Origin: a virus
Lineage: Duplodnaviria; Caudoviricetes
Reading direction: 5' to 3' (one strand)
Virus record (IMG/VR): IMGVR_UViG_3300048851_000056
Span: 1-36,372 of that record
DNA: 36,372 nt
Part shown: positions 1-9,308 of the stretch, piece by piece
Numbering within the stretch: position 1 is the first letter of the stretch
Layout of the letters: each line of letters begins with the position of its first letter
The notes under the pieces: model-generated
The model's input: only the letters and a program-made list of their open reading frames with translations
The model's database searches: none
What the model was told of the DNA's origin: nothing
Position numbers and translations under genes: made by a program

Positions 1-1
1 A

Positions 2-163
2 AGCCTCTACGTGTCCGATCCGGATGCCGACGTGCTCGTCGGGGACCGGATCCGGGACGGTGCCACGGTCTACGAGGTCGAGACGAAGCCGGAAGCGGAC
101 AGAAACCCGTTCACCGGGTGGCAGCCGGTCCGGGAGATCCCACTAACGGAGGTGACGGGCTGA
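2..163 (+). CDS. head-to-tail stopper, 3' part (truncated by window edge)
   Basis: Open frame SLYVSDPDADVLVGDRIRDG...RNPFTGWQPVREIPLTEVTG*; NPFTGW motif and position before neck/tail genes; TGATG overlap with next gene. Confidence 0.7.
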   Translation, partial: SLYVSDPDADVLVGDRIRDGATVYEVETKPEADRNPFTGWQPVREIPLTEVTG

Positions 164-435
164 TGCAGTTCAACGATCGATTCTTCGACGACCTCGGGAA
201 GTCTGCGGGGGTCGTCGCGCTCGTCGTTGGCGCTGCGGAGAACGTCGCGAGCGTCATGCGTGCGACCGCACCCGTCGGAGAGTCCCGCGAGCACGTCGAC
301 TCGATTCACGTCGAAGTCGATTACACGCCGCACCGCGTCGTCGCACGCGTCGTCGCGGACTCGGATCACTCTCTCGCGGTCGAGGCGCGCACAGGGCACA
401 TGGCGCGCGCTCTCGCGTCGGTGAAGCGTGGTTAG
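163..435 (+). CDS. neck/tail completion protein (HK97 gp10-like)
   Basis: ATG at 163 overlaps upstream TGA; TAPV..E..DSI and VEARTGHMARAL motifs; synteny. Confidence 0.65.
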   Translation: MQFNDRFFDDLGKSAGVVALVVGAAENVASVMRATAPVGESREHVDSIHVEVDYTPHRVVARVVADSDHSLAVEARTGHMARALASVKRG

Positions 436-856
436 GGGCGATCCCCTCGTCGCGCACGGCGATCTCGAACTGTTCCTGACGGGATGGTATCGGGCGGCAC
501 TCGCGGAGCGGCCGGAAGACGTCTGCAGGGCGGCGAAGGTCGACAAGCGGGAGCCGGCACCCGGGGATCCGTTCCCCGACGTGCTCGTCGTCATCCGCGA
601 CGACTCCGGACCGGAACTGTCCATCGTGACGGCCGAGCGACAGGTCGGTATCAGCGTCATCTGCAAGCGCGAACGCGACGCGGTCGAGCTCGCGAAGGTC
701 GTGCACGCGCTGCGATCACAGATCGCGGCCGTCGAACCCGGGAACCCGGTCGCAGTCGTGACCGGGTCGAACGGACCCTACGAAGTGCCGGAGCCGCAGC
801 CGCGGTTCCGGCGATACATGACGGTGACGCTGGTCGTCGTCGCATCCCCGCTGTAG
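428..856 (+). CDS. tail terminator
   Basis: 142 aa, VVIRDDSGP motif, directly upstream of major tail gene. Confidence 0.7.
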   Translation: MVRGDPLVAHGDLELFLTGWYRAALAERPEDVCRAAKVDKREPAPGDPFPDVLVVIRDDSGPELSIVTAERQVGISVICKRERDAVELAKVVHALRSQIAAVEPGNPVAVVTGSNGPYEVPEPQPRFRRYMTVTLVVVASPL

Positions 857-883
857 CGGAACCTCACGAACAGGAGACACCAA

Positions 884-1474
884 ATGACGGCAGACAGCCG
901 TGGCAACGACATTTCAGCCGTCGGAATCCCGGTAACGGGTTCCATCGGCATCGCAGCGATCGGGACGACCCTCCCGACGCCGGCGGAGGGCGGGTCGGAG
1001 GACTATGTCCTGCCGGCGGCGTTCCGGCGCCTCGGTCTGATCACCGAGGATGGCGGGTTCTCGTGGACCTTCGAGCCGGACGGCGACCCCATCACGTTCT
1101 ATCAGGAGGGCTACTCGATCCCCTCGGGCCTCGCGAACGCGACGCTGGAAGTCAAGCTCGCGCAGTACGACGACCTCGTCCGCGAGGTCACGTACGGCCG
1201 ACAGGCGGACGCGAACGGGTACATCGAGATCGACGCCGGCGGGCACTCCACCCGGTACGTGCTGTTCACCGAGGAGATCTTCAAGAACGGTGCGATCCGC
1301 CGCATCATCGCTGCCGACGCGGGCGTGACGTCCGCGACGCGCGACCAGTCGACGCGCGGCGAGGTGAACGGCACGGCGCTGACGTTCACGATCGCGCGTC
1401 ACGAGTCGCTCGGACGTCGACACGTCGGTGAGTGGTGGCTGCCGGCCGAGGATGCTGCGCCGGTCACCCCGTAG
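884..1474 (+). CDS. major tail protein
   Basis: RBS AGGAGA; LGLITEDGG motif; position before chaperone and tape measure genes. Confidence 0.88.
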   Translation: MTADSRGNDISAVGIPVTGSIGIAAIGTTLPTPAEGGSEDYVLPAAFRRLGLITEDGGFSWTFEPDGDPITFYQEGYSIPSGLANATLEVKLAQYDDLVREVTYGRQADANGYIEIDAGGHSTRYVLFTEEIFKNGAIRRIIAADAGVTSATRDQSTRGEVNGTALTFTIARHESLGRRHVGEWWLPAEDAAPVTP

Positions 1475-1506
1475 CACCTGCACAACTGCACAACTGCACC
1501 GAGCCG

Positions 1507-1547
1507 CCGGCCGGGGTTCCTGACGGGGGAGCCTCGGCCGGTGTTTT
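1507..1547 (+). terminator. intrinsic terminator/attenuator after major tail gene
   Basis: Stem CCGGCCGGGGTTCC/GGAGCCTCGGCCGG (with G-U pairs) followed by TGTTTT. Confidence 0.65.
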
Positions 1548-1583
1548 CCCCGTTGATACCCCGTCGCGAACAGGAGAAGCACC

Positions 1584-1910
1584 ATGAGCACACCGAAGAC
1601 GACCCCCGAACCCGGCACGAAGCCGAAGTTCCTCGTGGTCGAGGACAAGCTGATCGCGCAGACGTCGAACGGCGAACTGAAGCTGCCGCTGAAGGTGAAG
1701 ACGAAGGTCTTCCGCGAGATCAAGGAACTCCCCGACGAGCTCGATCAGCTTTTCGCGCTGCTCGACGGCATCGGAGACACCGAGACGGCCGCCGCGCTCG
1801 ACGAGCTGGACATTTTCGAGACGCAGGACGTCGTCGAGAAGTTCTTCGAGGAGTTCCAGACGAAGGCGAAGGCGCGCGTGGGGGAATCTTCGCGCTCGTC
1901 CGGTTCCTAG
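1584..1910 (+). CDS. tail assembly chaperone (gpG-like)
   Basis: RBS AGGAGA, 108 aa, between major tail and tape measure; slippery GGGGGAA near 3' end. Confidence 0.88.
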   Translation: MSTPKTTPEPGTKPKFLVVEDKLIAQTSNGELKLPLKVKTKVFREIKELPDELDQLFALLDGIGDTETAAALDELDIFETQDVVEKFFEEFQTKAKARVGESSRSSGS

Positions 1911-2263
1911 ACGAGCACCGGCGGGCGCTCGCGTTCGACTTCCGTCACTACTTCCACCTGTCGGTGCACGAGGTCGGGGAGTCGATCCCGTTTCACGAGG
2001 CGATCGACCTGATCGACGAGCTGAAGCGCGAGTTCGGGTCCCATCTCGCGACCGAGAAGTGGTCGTTCGTGGCCGGTTACGGCGAAGTGATGGCCGCGAC
2101 GTCGGCGTCGGTGCTGCTGAACGTGAATCGGGACCGCAAAGCGTTCCCGAAGCCGATCGAGCTGCCGATGCCGTGGGACGAGGACGAGGCCGCACCGGTC
2201 TCTCCGGAGCGGCGGGCCGAACTGAAGCAGCAACTGCGGCGCCGATCGGCGTTCGCTAACTGA
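1584..2263 (+). CDS. tail assembly chaperone, -1 frameshift extension (gpGT-like)
   Basis: The -1 frame is open to TGA 2263 and reads GIFALVRFLDEHRRALAFDFRHYF... after the slippery site. Confidence 0.8.
1880..1886 (+). other. programmed -1 ribosomal frameshift slippery site GGGGGAA
   Basis: G-run/AA heptamer just before the stop of the chaperone gene, with open -1 frame. Confidence 0.8.
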
Positions 2264-2281
2264 CACCGGAAGGGGCCGCCA

Positions 2282-5200
2282 TTGGCTAGTGAGGTTGGTT
2301 CCGGACAGGTTGCGATCTTCCCCGTTTTCAAGGGGTTCCGTCGCACGATCAATTCCGAGGTGGAGGGTTCCGCGAAGGAATCCTCCACCCGGTTCTCGCG
2401 GGCGTTCGACTCGGCCGGCACGAAGGCCGGATCATCCGCGGGCAAGGGTTTCAAGCAGTCGTTCCAGTCGTCGTCGCAGGGCGCGGCCGCCGGCGCGATG
2501 AAGCAGATTCAGTCGGAAGTGGCGTCGGCGTCTAAGGCGCTGTCCGCCGCACGGCTGAAGGAACAGGACGCGGCCGGTAAGGTCCGCGTCGCGGAGGCTG
2601 CGCTGAACGACGCGCGGTCGAAGGGTGTCGCCGGGTCCGCTCGGGTCGTCGCAGCGGAGGAGAAGCTCGCGACGGCCGTCCGTGGACTGTCGACGGCGCA
2701 GGACGCGACGAAGACGAGCTCGGATCGTCTCGGGGACGCGCAGAAGCGACTCGCGACGACGGCGGAGGACACGTCGACCCGCACGAAGCGGTCGTTCAAG
2801 TCGATGCTGACCGGTGTGTTCGACCGGGGCGGCGCAGATGCCGGCGTGCGCGGCGGGCGGGCTGCTGGGGACGGTTTCCGGGCCGGTGTGCTCGGGAGTG
2901 TCGCGGGCCTCGCGGGGCCGCTGGCGGGCGCTGTGGCGGCGCTCGGCATCGGGTCGATGATCGTCTCGGGCATCAAGGACTCGATCAACAACGCGTCGGA
3001 CCTGCAGGAGGCCGGGACCGCTATCTCGGCGGTGTTCGGATCCGCAGACAAGTCGATCATGGCGTTCGCGCGGGGCGCGGCGACCGAGATCGGTCTGTCG
3101 ACTAACGCGGCGCTCGACGCGTCGCGCGTGTTCGGCACGTTCGGTAAGTCGGCGGGCCTCGCGGATCAGGAGCTGGCCGATTTCTCCTCCGAGTTCGTGG
3201 TCCTCGCGGGCGACCTCGCGTCGTTCAACAACACGACCCCCGAGCAGGCGATCGAGGCGCTCGGCGCGGGTCTGCGCGGCGAGTCCGAGCCGCTGCGACA
3301 GTACGGGATCCTGCTCGACGACGCGACGCTGAAAGCACGCGCGGCCGAGCTGGGGATCTACTCGGGGAACGGTGCGCTGACGGCGCAGCAGAAGGTCCTC
3401 GCGTCGCAGGCGGAGATCATGGCGCAGACGTCGCTGCAGCAGGGCGACTTCGCGAAGACGTCCGGCGGGCTGGCGAATCAGCAGCGGATCCTCGCGGCGC
3501 AGGTCGAGAACCTGTCGACGGGGTTCGGTGCGCTGTTCCTCCCGATCGTGCTGAAGGTCGTCGGGGCACTGAACACGAAGCTGCTGCCGATGCTGCAGCG
3601 GCTGCCGGCGATGTTCACGGCCGTGATCGACCTGTTCAAGACGGGCGACTTCACAGCCGGTTTCCGCGAAGCGTTCAACGTGGAGGAGGACTCGGGACTC
3701 GTCGGGTTCCTGCTCCGCATCCGCGACGGTTACACCGGCGTGCGGGATCTCGTGCTGAACGGCGACTTCACGTCGGCGTTCCGGCGGGCGTTCAACGTCG
3801 ACGAGGACTCCGGGGTCGTCGATTTCCTGTTCCGGATCCGGGACGGGATCCGCGGCACGGTCGGGTTCGTCCGGAACGCGGCCGGCGGGATCAGCGACGG
3901 AATCAAGCTGATCGTCGGTTCCTTCACCGGGGCCGGCGCTGACGTCGACCTCGGCGGACTCACGAACCCGCTGATCGACTTCGGCGCGACCCTCCGGGGC
4001 CTGTACGACTCGATTCAGCCGGTCTTCGCACGGATCGGTGAAGTGATCGGGCCGGTCGGCGCAGCGATCGCAGGCATGGCGCTGCGCTTCGCTCCGCTGC
4101 TCGGCATCGGGGCGAAGCTCGCGGGAGCGTTCGCTCCGGTCCTCGCGGTCGTCGCGCGCATCGCTCCGCTGTTCCTCACGGCACTGAACCCGGTCGGTCT
4201 GCTGATCGGCGCGTTCTCGGCGCTGTTCGCGGCGTCGCCGGAGTTCCGCGGCGCGATCATGGGCCTCGTCGAGGGACTCGGTTCCGCGCTGATGCCGGTG
4301 ATCTCGCAGCTCGTGTCGACCCTCGGAACGCTGATGCCGGTGTTCCTGCAGGTCGCAGGGGTGATCGGCACCGCGCTCGCGCAGGCGATCACAGCACTGC
4401 TCCCGGCGGTCACGGCGATCGTGTCCGCGCTCGGGCCGGTCCTCACTTCGGTGCTGACCGCGGTCGTCCCGATCATCTCGATCCTTGGGACCGCGATCGG
4501 GCAGGTAGTGGCCGCGGTCGCTCCGCTCGTCGTGGGGATCCTCGGGCTGATCACTCCGCTGCTGCAGCTCGTCGGCGCGGTCCTGCCGCCGCTGATCACG
4601 ATGTTCGGCGCGGTCGTGTCCGTGATCGTCGGCGCGCTCGTGCCGGTGATTCAGTCGGTCGTGCAGGTCCTCACGGGCCTGATCACGTTCGTCGTGTCGA
4701 TCTTTACCGGCCAGTGGGGTGCGGCGTGGGCGGCGATCGGGCAGATCTTCGCAGGGCTGTGGAACCTGCTCGTCTCGATCCTCACCGGCGTTATCGGCAT
4801 CATCGGCGGGGCCGTCGGCGCGTTCCTCGGGTTCATCGCCGGCATCTGGCAGGCAGCATGGTCCGGGATCTCGTCGTTCTTCGCTGGGATCTGGCGCGGC
4901 ATCGTCGGGTTCGTCACGGCGTACATCGCGACGATGCGCGCGCTGATCGCGGGAGTGCTGTCGTTCATCGGCGGGCTGTGGCGGTCGGTGTGGTCCGGGA
5001 TCTCGTCGTTCTTCAGCGGGATCTGGAACGGAATAGTCGGATTCGTCCGGAACGCGGCCGCGCAGATCACGTCGGCCGTCGGATCGTTCGTCGGCACCGT
5101 CCGAGACAAGATCAACGAGGCCGTGGGGTTCGTCCGGGATCTCCCCGGGAAAGCTGCTTCGGCGCTCGGTGACCTCGGGTCGATGCTCGCGGGCAAGGGT

Positions 5201-5650
5201 CGCGCGCTGATTCAGGGGTTCATCGACGGGATCAAGGGCATGATCGGCAGCGTCGGTGACGCGGTCGGCGGTGTCCTCGACTTCGCGCGTGGGTTCTTCC
5301 CGAACTCGCCTGCTAAGCGGGGTCCGTTCTCGGGCGCCGGGTGGCGGCAGGTGCAGGCGGCTGGGCCGGCGATCATGGACGCGTTCGCGGACGGGTTCGA
5401 CGGCCGCGACGTGCCCGGTCTGGGCGTCACTCTCACGGGTGCGCTGCAGGCGGCGCGGAACGTCTCGGTGGGCGCTGCTGCGCCGGTCGCAGGCGGCGCC
5501 GGGGGCGACTCGGTCGTGTCGGAGCGTCCGATCTACGCGGACGGAACGCTGATCGGGTGGATCCGCGAGCTCGCGAACGGCGAAGCGCGACTCGTGATGA
5601 ACCAAGGGAAGCGTGAGGACGGTCTGAGCATGTGGGCAGGAGCGCAGTAA
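2282..5650 (+). CDS. tape measure protein
   Basis: 1122 aa, Ala/Gly-rich helical; LRGESEPLRQYGI motif; Trp-periodic repeats; FFPNSPAKRGPFSG near C-terminus. Confidence 0.95.
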   Translation: MASEVGSGQVAIFPVFKGFRRTINSEVEGSAKESSTRFSRAFDSAGTKAGSSAGKGFKQSFQSSSQGAAAGAMKQIQSEVASASKALSAARLKEQDAAGKVRVAEAALNDARSKGVAGSARVVAAEEKLATAVRGLSTAQDATKTSSDRLGDAQKRLATTAEDTSTRTKRSFKSMLTGVFDRGGADAGVRGGRAAGDGFRAGVLGSVAGLAGPLAGAVAALGIGSMIVSGIKDSINNASDLQEAGTAISAVFGSADKSIMAFARGAATEIGLSTNAALDASRVFGTFGKSAGLADQELADFSSEFVVLAGDLASFNNTTPEQAIEALGAGLRGESEPLRQYGILLDDATLKARAAELGIYSGNGALTAQQKVLASQAEIMAQTSLQQGDFAKTSGGLANQQRILAAQVENLSTGFGALFLPIVLKVVGALNTKLLPMLQRLPAMFTAVIDLFKTGDFTAGFREAFNVEEDSGLVGFLLRIRDGYTGVRDLVLNGDFTSAFRRAFNVDEDSGVVDFLFRIRDGIRGTVGFVRNAAGGISDGIKLIVGSFTGAGADVDLGGLTNPLIDFGATLRGLYDSIQPVFARIGEVIGPVGAAIAGMALRFAPLLGIGAKLAGAFAPVLAVVARIAPLFLTALNPVGLLIGAFSALFAASPEFRGAIMGLVEGLGSALMPVISQLVSTLGTLMPVFLQVAGVIGTALAQAITALLPAVTAIVSALGPVLTSVLTAVVPIISILGTAIGQVVAAVAPLVVGILGLITPLLQLVGAVLPPLITMFGAVVSVIVGALVPVIQSVVQVLTGLITFVVSIFTGQWGAAWAAIGQIFAGLWNLLVSILTGVIGIIGGAVGAFLGFIAGIWQAAWSGISSFFAGIWRGIVGFVTAYIATMRALIAGVLSFIGGLWRSVWSGISSFFSGIWNGIVGFVRNAAAQITSAVGSFVGTVRDKINEAVGFVRDLPGKAASALGDLGSMLAGKGRALIQGFIDGIKGMIGSVGDAVGGVLDFARGFFPNSPAKRGPFSGAGWRQVQAAGPAIMDAFADGFDGRDVPGLGVTLTGALQAARNVSVGAAAPVAGGAGGDSVVSERPIYADGTLIGWIRELANGEARLVMNQGKREDGLSMWAGAQ

Positions 5651-6654
5651 TGGGTCGATTGGTCGCGGACACCGCGCACCGGGGCCTGTACCGGCCGAAC
5701 GCGTCGATGCAGGTGACGGCGAACGGCAACTTCACGCCGGGGGACTTGGCCGAGTCGGTCAAGTTTCCCGGGTACTTCGAGTTCGAGGAGGTCGATCCGA
5801 CCGTGCCGCAGTTGACGTATCTTCCGCCGCTCGGCGGGTTCGGGCCTCGCGTCGAGGTGTTCATCGAGGAGATGGCGCGACCGCGCGTCGACGTGTGGCG
5901 CACGGTGGCCGGCCGGCGCAGTCTGGTCCGCGGCGGTGTCGGGAGGGCGACGGGCGGCGGGCTGCTGCTCGTCGACTCCGAGGTGCCGTTCGGGGTGCCG
6001 GCGACGTATCAAGCCGGCGTCGAGTTCGAGGACGGATCGGCGGACTACTCGCCGCCGGCGACGATCACTCTCGACGCCGCGACGATGGGCGCGGACTGGG
6101 GAAAGACGTTCGTGCACAACGTGCTCGGACCGTCGCGGGGCATCGAGTACCGGCCGCTCGCGGACGCGTTCGGGGAACTGAACCGGGAGACACCCGGCGA
6201 CCTCTACACGCCGCAGGGACGGTCTAAGCCGCAGTGGGTGGGCGGTGCACGGTCGGGCCTGCAGGACGTGAACCTGTCCGGGTACACGGAGACGCAGCTC
6301 GAAGCCGATCGTCTGGACCGGATGCTCGGGAACCCGGACGACCCGGACGACGGGACGATCCCGATCCTCGTGTTCCGCACCCCACCGAGCTACCCCATCC
6401 CGGGGACGTTCGTCTGTGTCGTCGAGAAGTCGTCGGCGCGGCCGCTCGCGCGCACACAGTCGGGCGAGGGTGTGCTGTGGCCGCTCGTGGGCACGGAGGT
6501 CGAGCCACCGTTCGAGGGTCTGTCGGAGCCGGTCGTGACGTGGTCCGACGTCGCCGCACGGTATCCCGAGGCGGCGGACTACGCCGCGGCGTATCCCACG
6601 ATCAACCTGCACATGTCTCGGGACTATTCGCTGTCGGCGCTGACCGACGACTGA
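5650..6654 (+). CDS. minor tail protein (distal tail-like)
   Basis: TAATG overlap with tape measure stop; DxEVPFGVPATY motif; synteny. Confidence 0.75.
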   Translation: MGRLVADTAHRGLYRPNASMQVTANGNFTPGDLAESVKFPGYFEFEEVDPTVPQLTYLPPLGGFGPRVEVFIEEMARPRVDVWRTVAGRRSLVRGGVGRATGGGLLLVDSEVPFGVPATYQAGVEFEDGSADYSPPATITLDAATMGADWGKTFVHNVLGPSRGIEYRPLADAFGELNRETPGDLYTPQGRSKPQWVGGARSGLQDVNLSGYTETQLEADRLDRMLGNPDDPDDGTIPILVFRTPPSYPIPGTFVCVVEKSSARPLARTQSGEGVLWPLVGTEVEPPFEGLSEPVVTWSDVAARYPEAADYAAAYPTINLHMSRDYSLSALTDD

Positions 6655-6669
6655 TCACAGGGGGCGCCG

Positions 6670-7797
6670 ATGCGACCGCATACGCAGCAGTTGCTCGACA
6701 CCATTCGGAAGGGCGGCTACCGGCGCAGGCGGGTCGCGGATCTGTACTACGGGCGCGCACGGGTCGCTGACAATGTGCCGCTCGTGGATCCGAAGCTCGT
6801 CTGGAAGGGCAGCGACAAGATTCAGGGGTCCGGGTCGACGCGGGTCGTCTGGCAGGGCCGGTTCGGAGAGTCGATCGTCCCCCGGTGGGCGGGCGACACG
6901 TTCGCCCCGTTCGGGCCGACGCTGTTCGTCCGCGACGTCATTCAGGCGGGCGGGGCGCGGTGGGAGATCCCCCTCGGGTGGTTCCCGATCGTCGACGTCC
7001 CGAACGCGCAGGATCAGCGGATGAAGCATCAGGGCAGGTCGATCTCGATCGGCTCGGTCCTCGACCTCACTCTCGCGGACCGCATGTCGGAGCTGCGCGA
7101 TGATCCGTTCGACGCACCGCAGGCACCGGGCGACCTGACGTCGGCGGTCGCGGAGACGTCGCGGATGACGGGGTTCCAGATCACCCGCAGCGTGCCGGAC
7201 GCGAAGATCCCCCGCACGGTCGTCTATCAGGACGACAGGCTCGATGCGCTGTACGACCTGTGCCGGGTCGTGCTCGACGCGGTCCCGTACATGACCTCGG
7301 ACGACACGCTGTCGTTCCGGCCGAACGCGTGGCCGCAGCCGGTCGACGAGCTCGTGTTCGGCGGGCCGAAGGGCACCGTGCAGTCGATCGGCAACGGCAT
7401 GAGCACCGACGGGGTGAAGAACTACGTCGTCGTGCGATCGCAGGGGTCCGACGGCGCTGTGCTGTATCGGTCCTACCTGCGGGAGGGTCCGTTGCGACCG
7501 TTCGAGGCGCCGGGGGTCTATGCGCCGGCGCGCGTGCGGAAGCTGATCCTCTCCTCGCAGTACGTGACGACGGCGCCGGAGGCGAAGTCGTGGGGCGACC
7601 GCGAGCTGCTTGCGGCGTCGCGGATCACCGCGAAGGACGTCCCGATCGTGCTGCCGTACAACCCGCTCTATGAGGTGGGGGACGTGCTGCAGATCTGGGA
7701 CACGTTCGAGCAGGAGTACCGCCGGTACCGGCTGACGGAGGTCCCACTCGAACCGACGGGAGCGCAGATGACGGTGACAGCGGAGGTCGCGAAGTGA
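6670..7797 (+). CDS. minor tail protein (baseplate hub-like)
   Basis: 375 aa; LAPFG-type, NxVVV and NPLYEVGDV motifs typical of actinophage hub proteins. Confidence 0.78.
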   Translation: MRPHTQQLLDTIRKGGYRRRRVADLYYGRARVADNVPLVDPKLVWKGSDKIQGSGSTRVVWQGRFGESIVPRWAGDTFAPFGPTLFVRDVIQAGGARWEIPLGWFPIVDVPNAQDQRMKHQGRSISIGSVLDLTLADRMSELRDDPFDAPQAPGDLTSAVAETSRMTGFQITRSVPDAKIPRTVVYQDDRLDALYDLCRVVLDAVPYMTSDDTLSFRPNAWPQPVDELVFGGPKGTVQSIGNGMSTDGVKNYVVVRSQGSDGAVLYRSYLREGPLRPFEAPGVYAPARVRKLILSSQYVTTAPEAKSWGDRELLAASRITAKDVPIVLPYNPLYEVGDVLQIWDTFEQEYRRYRLTEVPLEPTGAQMTVTAEVAK

Positions 7798-8678
7798 AGA
7801 ACCTCGTCGACTACGTGAAGCACGAGCTGAAGCGGATCCCGATCGTCCGGATCACGAAGGGTGTCTACGCCGGGCGGGTCGATGGGCAGCCGACGGTCGA
7901 CGTCGACGGCAGCCGCATCCCCGTCGCGCTGGTCATGTTCGAGCCGCCGGCGACGTCGGAGGTGCACGTGTGGGGGCTGCAGGGGCAGTGGTTCGCTGTG
8001 GGCCTCGTGAGGCAGCCGCCGACGGAGGGTGTGATCTCGACGGTCGCTGCGGAGCGTGTGGGCGTGCAGACGGACAGCGGCGAGTTCCTCGTCCCGTTCC
8101 TGTCGACGTACACACCGAGCAGCGGGCACGTCGTGAAGCTCGGGTTCGACCGCGAGGGGTTGTACGTCATCGGGCAACTGTCCGAGGAGATCGTGCCGCC
8201 GCCGGCGCCGCCGGCGCCTGCGGGTCCGGTGACGAGCCGCAAAGCGGACCTGTTCCTCGCGACGTCGTCGGGTTCTGCGGCGCGCGGCTCGTCGAGGTGG
8301 TTCACGAATCAGGTGTTCGCGTCGGCGTCGAACGTCGGAATCTACGCGTACGGGTCGAAGGTGCGGGACACGCTGCAGGCTGCTCCGCCGGTCGAGCGGA
8401 TCGAGATCAACCTCCCGCAGGTGTTCAACAGGGCGGGGACGATGGCGCCGCGCCTCGGGTGGCACCCCCTCGAACAGAGGGCGGGGACGACTCCGACGAT
8501 CACCGCGCAGCGCGAGGTGTCGTCCGGGTGGGTCGATATCACCGACCTCGCGGACGAGCTCCGCAGCGGCGGCGGGATCGGGTTCGACGGTGCCGGTTAT
8601 CGGATCTTCGCGGGGATCCCGATGGACGGCAGGCAGGGCGATTCGCAGGCGGGTGCCCTGCGGGTGACTTACAAGTAA
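7794..8678 (+). CDS. minor tail protein
   Basis: GTGA overlap; Pro-rich linker; synteny in tail module. Confidence 0.7.
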   Translation: MKNLVDYVKHELKRIPIVRITKGVYAGRVDGQPTVDVDGSRIPVALVMFEPPATSEVHVWGLQGQWFAVGLVRQPPTEGVISTVAAERVGVQTDSGEFLVPFLSTYTPSSGHVVKLGFDREGLYVIGQLSEEIVPPPAPPAPAGPVTSRKADLFLATSSGSAARGSSRWFTNQVFASASNVGIYAYGSKVRDTLQAAPPVERIEINLPQVFNRAGTMAPRLGWHPLEQRAGTTPTITAQREVSSGWVDITDLADELRSGGGIGFDGAGYRIFAGIPMDGRQGDSQAGALRVTYK

Positions 8679-8699
8679 CGACCCGGGAAGGGGCACAGT

Positions 8700-9308
8700 A
8701 TGGGGTTCACACTGGATCCGAAGACGAAGAAGCCGGCCATCGATCAGGCTACGGCGGAGACTCCCGAAGCGATTCAGGCGGTCGCGGACTTCGCGGAGCT
8801 CGTCGGACACCTGCGGGTGGGCGACACGTTCCAGCGGAACGCGTTCGAGGCGTCGCCGGGTGACTACTGGGACGATCAGACCGACGGCCGGCTGTACCGG
8901 TGGCACGACGTGAACGGGTGGGAGCTGATCGGCGGCCGGGTGCCGTACGCGAAGACGATCCGCGGCGCGGATGCGCTGTACCCGGCGAACACGGTGACGC
9001 CGGTCCTCGAAGTCTCGATCCCGAACGCGCCGGCGGGCATCTACTGGTGGTCGTTCACGGCGATCATCAGCAGCGCGGCCGCATGCAAGGGCGAGATCCG
9101 CGTGCAGACGCCGCTGTCGGTCATTCACGGGCCGCTCGGGTTCGATTCTCCGGGGCCGGCCGGTCTGCGCATGAACTTCAGCGCGTCGGGGACCTTCGGG
9201 CACGCCGGCGGCGATCTCGTGCTGAACATCGCGGACTTCCGCACGACCGGCGGGGCGATTCATCAGGGGTCGATCGCGGCGCTGCACTACGTGAGGCCGC
9301 AGAACTAG
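8700..9308 (+). CDS. minor tail protein
   Basis: RBS GAAGGGG; PGDYWDDQTDGRLYRW fibre-type motif; beta-rich C-terminus. Confidence 0.65.
   Translation: MGFTLDPKTKKPAIDQATAETPEAIQAVADFAELVGHLRVGDTFQRNAFEASPGDYWDDQTDGRLYRWHDVNGWELIGGRVPYAKTIRGADALYPANTVTPVLEVSIPNAPAGIYWWSFTAIISSAAACKGEIRVQTPLSVIHGPLGFDSPGPAGLRMNFSASGTFGHAGGDLVLNIADFRTTGGAIHQGSIAALHYVRPQN

Noticed and set aside
2432-5605. 1057-aa antisense ORF over the tape measure gene
   Set aside because: Arg/Asp/His-rich shadow frame caused by high GC3; no RBS or domain
8900-9307. Upstream extension of the endolysin ORF (475-aa call)
   Set aside because: Overlaps the minor tail gene; the coupled GTG at 9308 is the more plausible start
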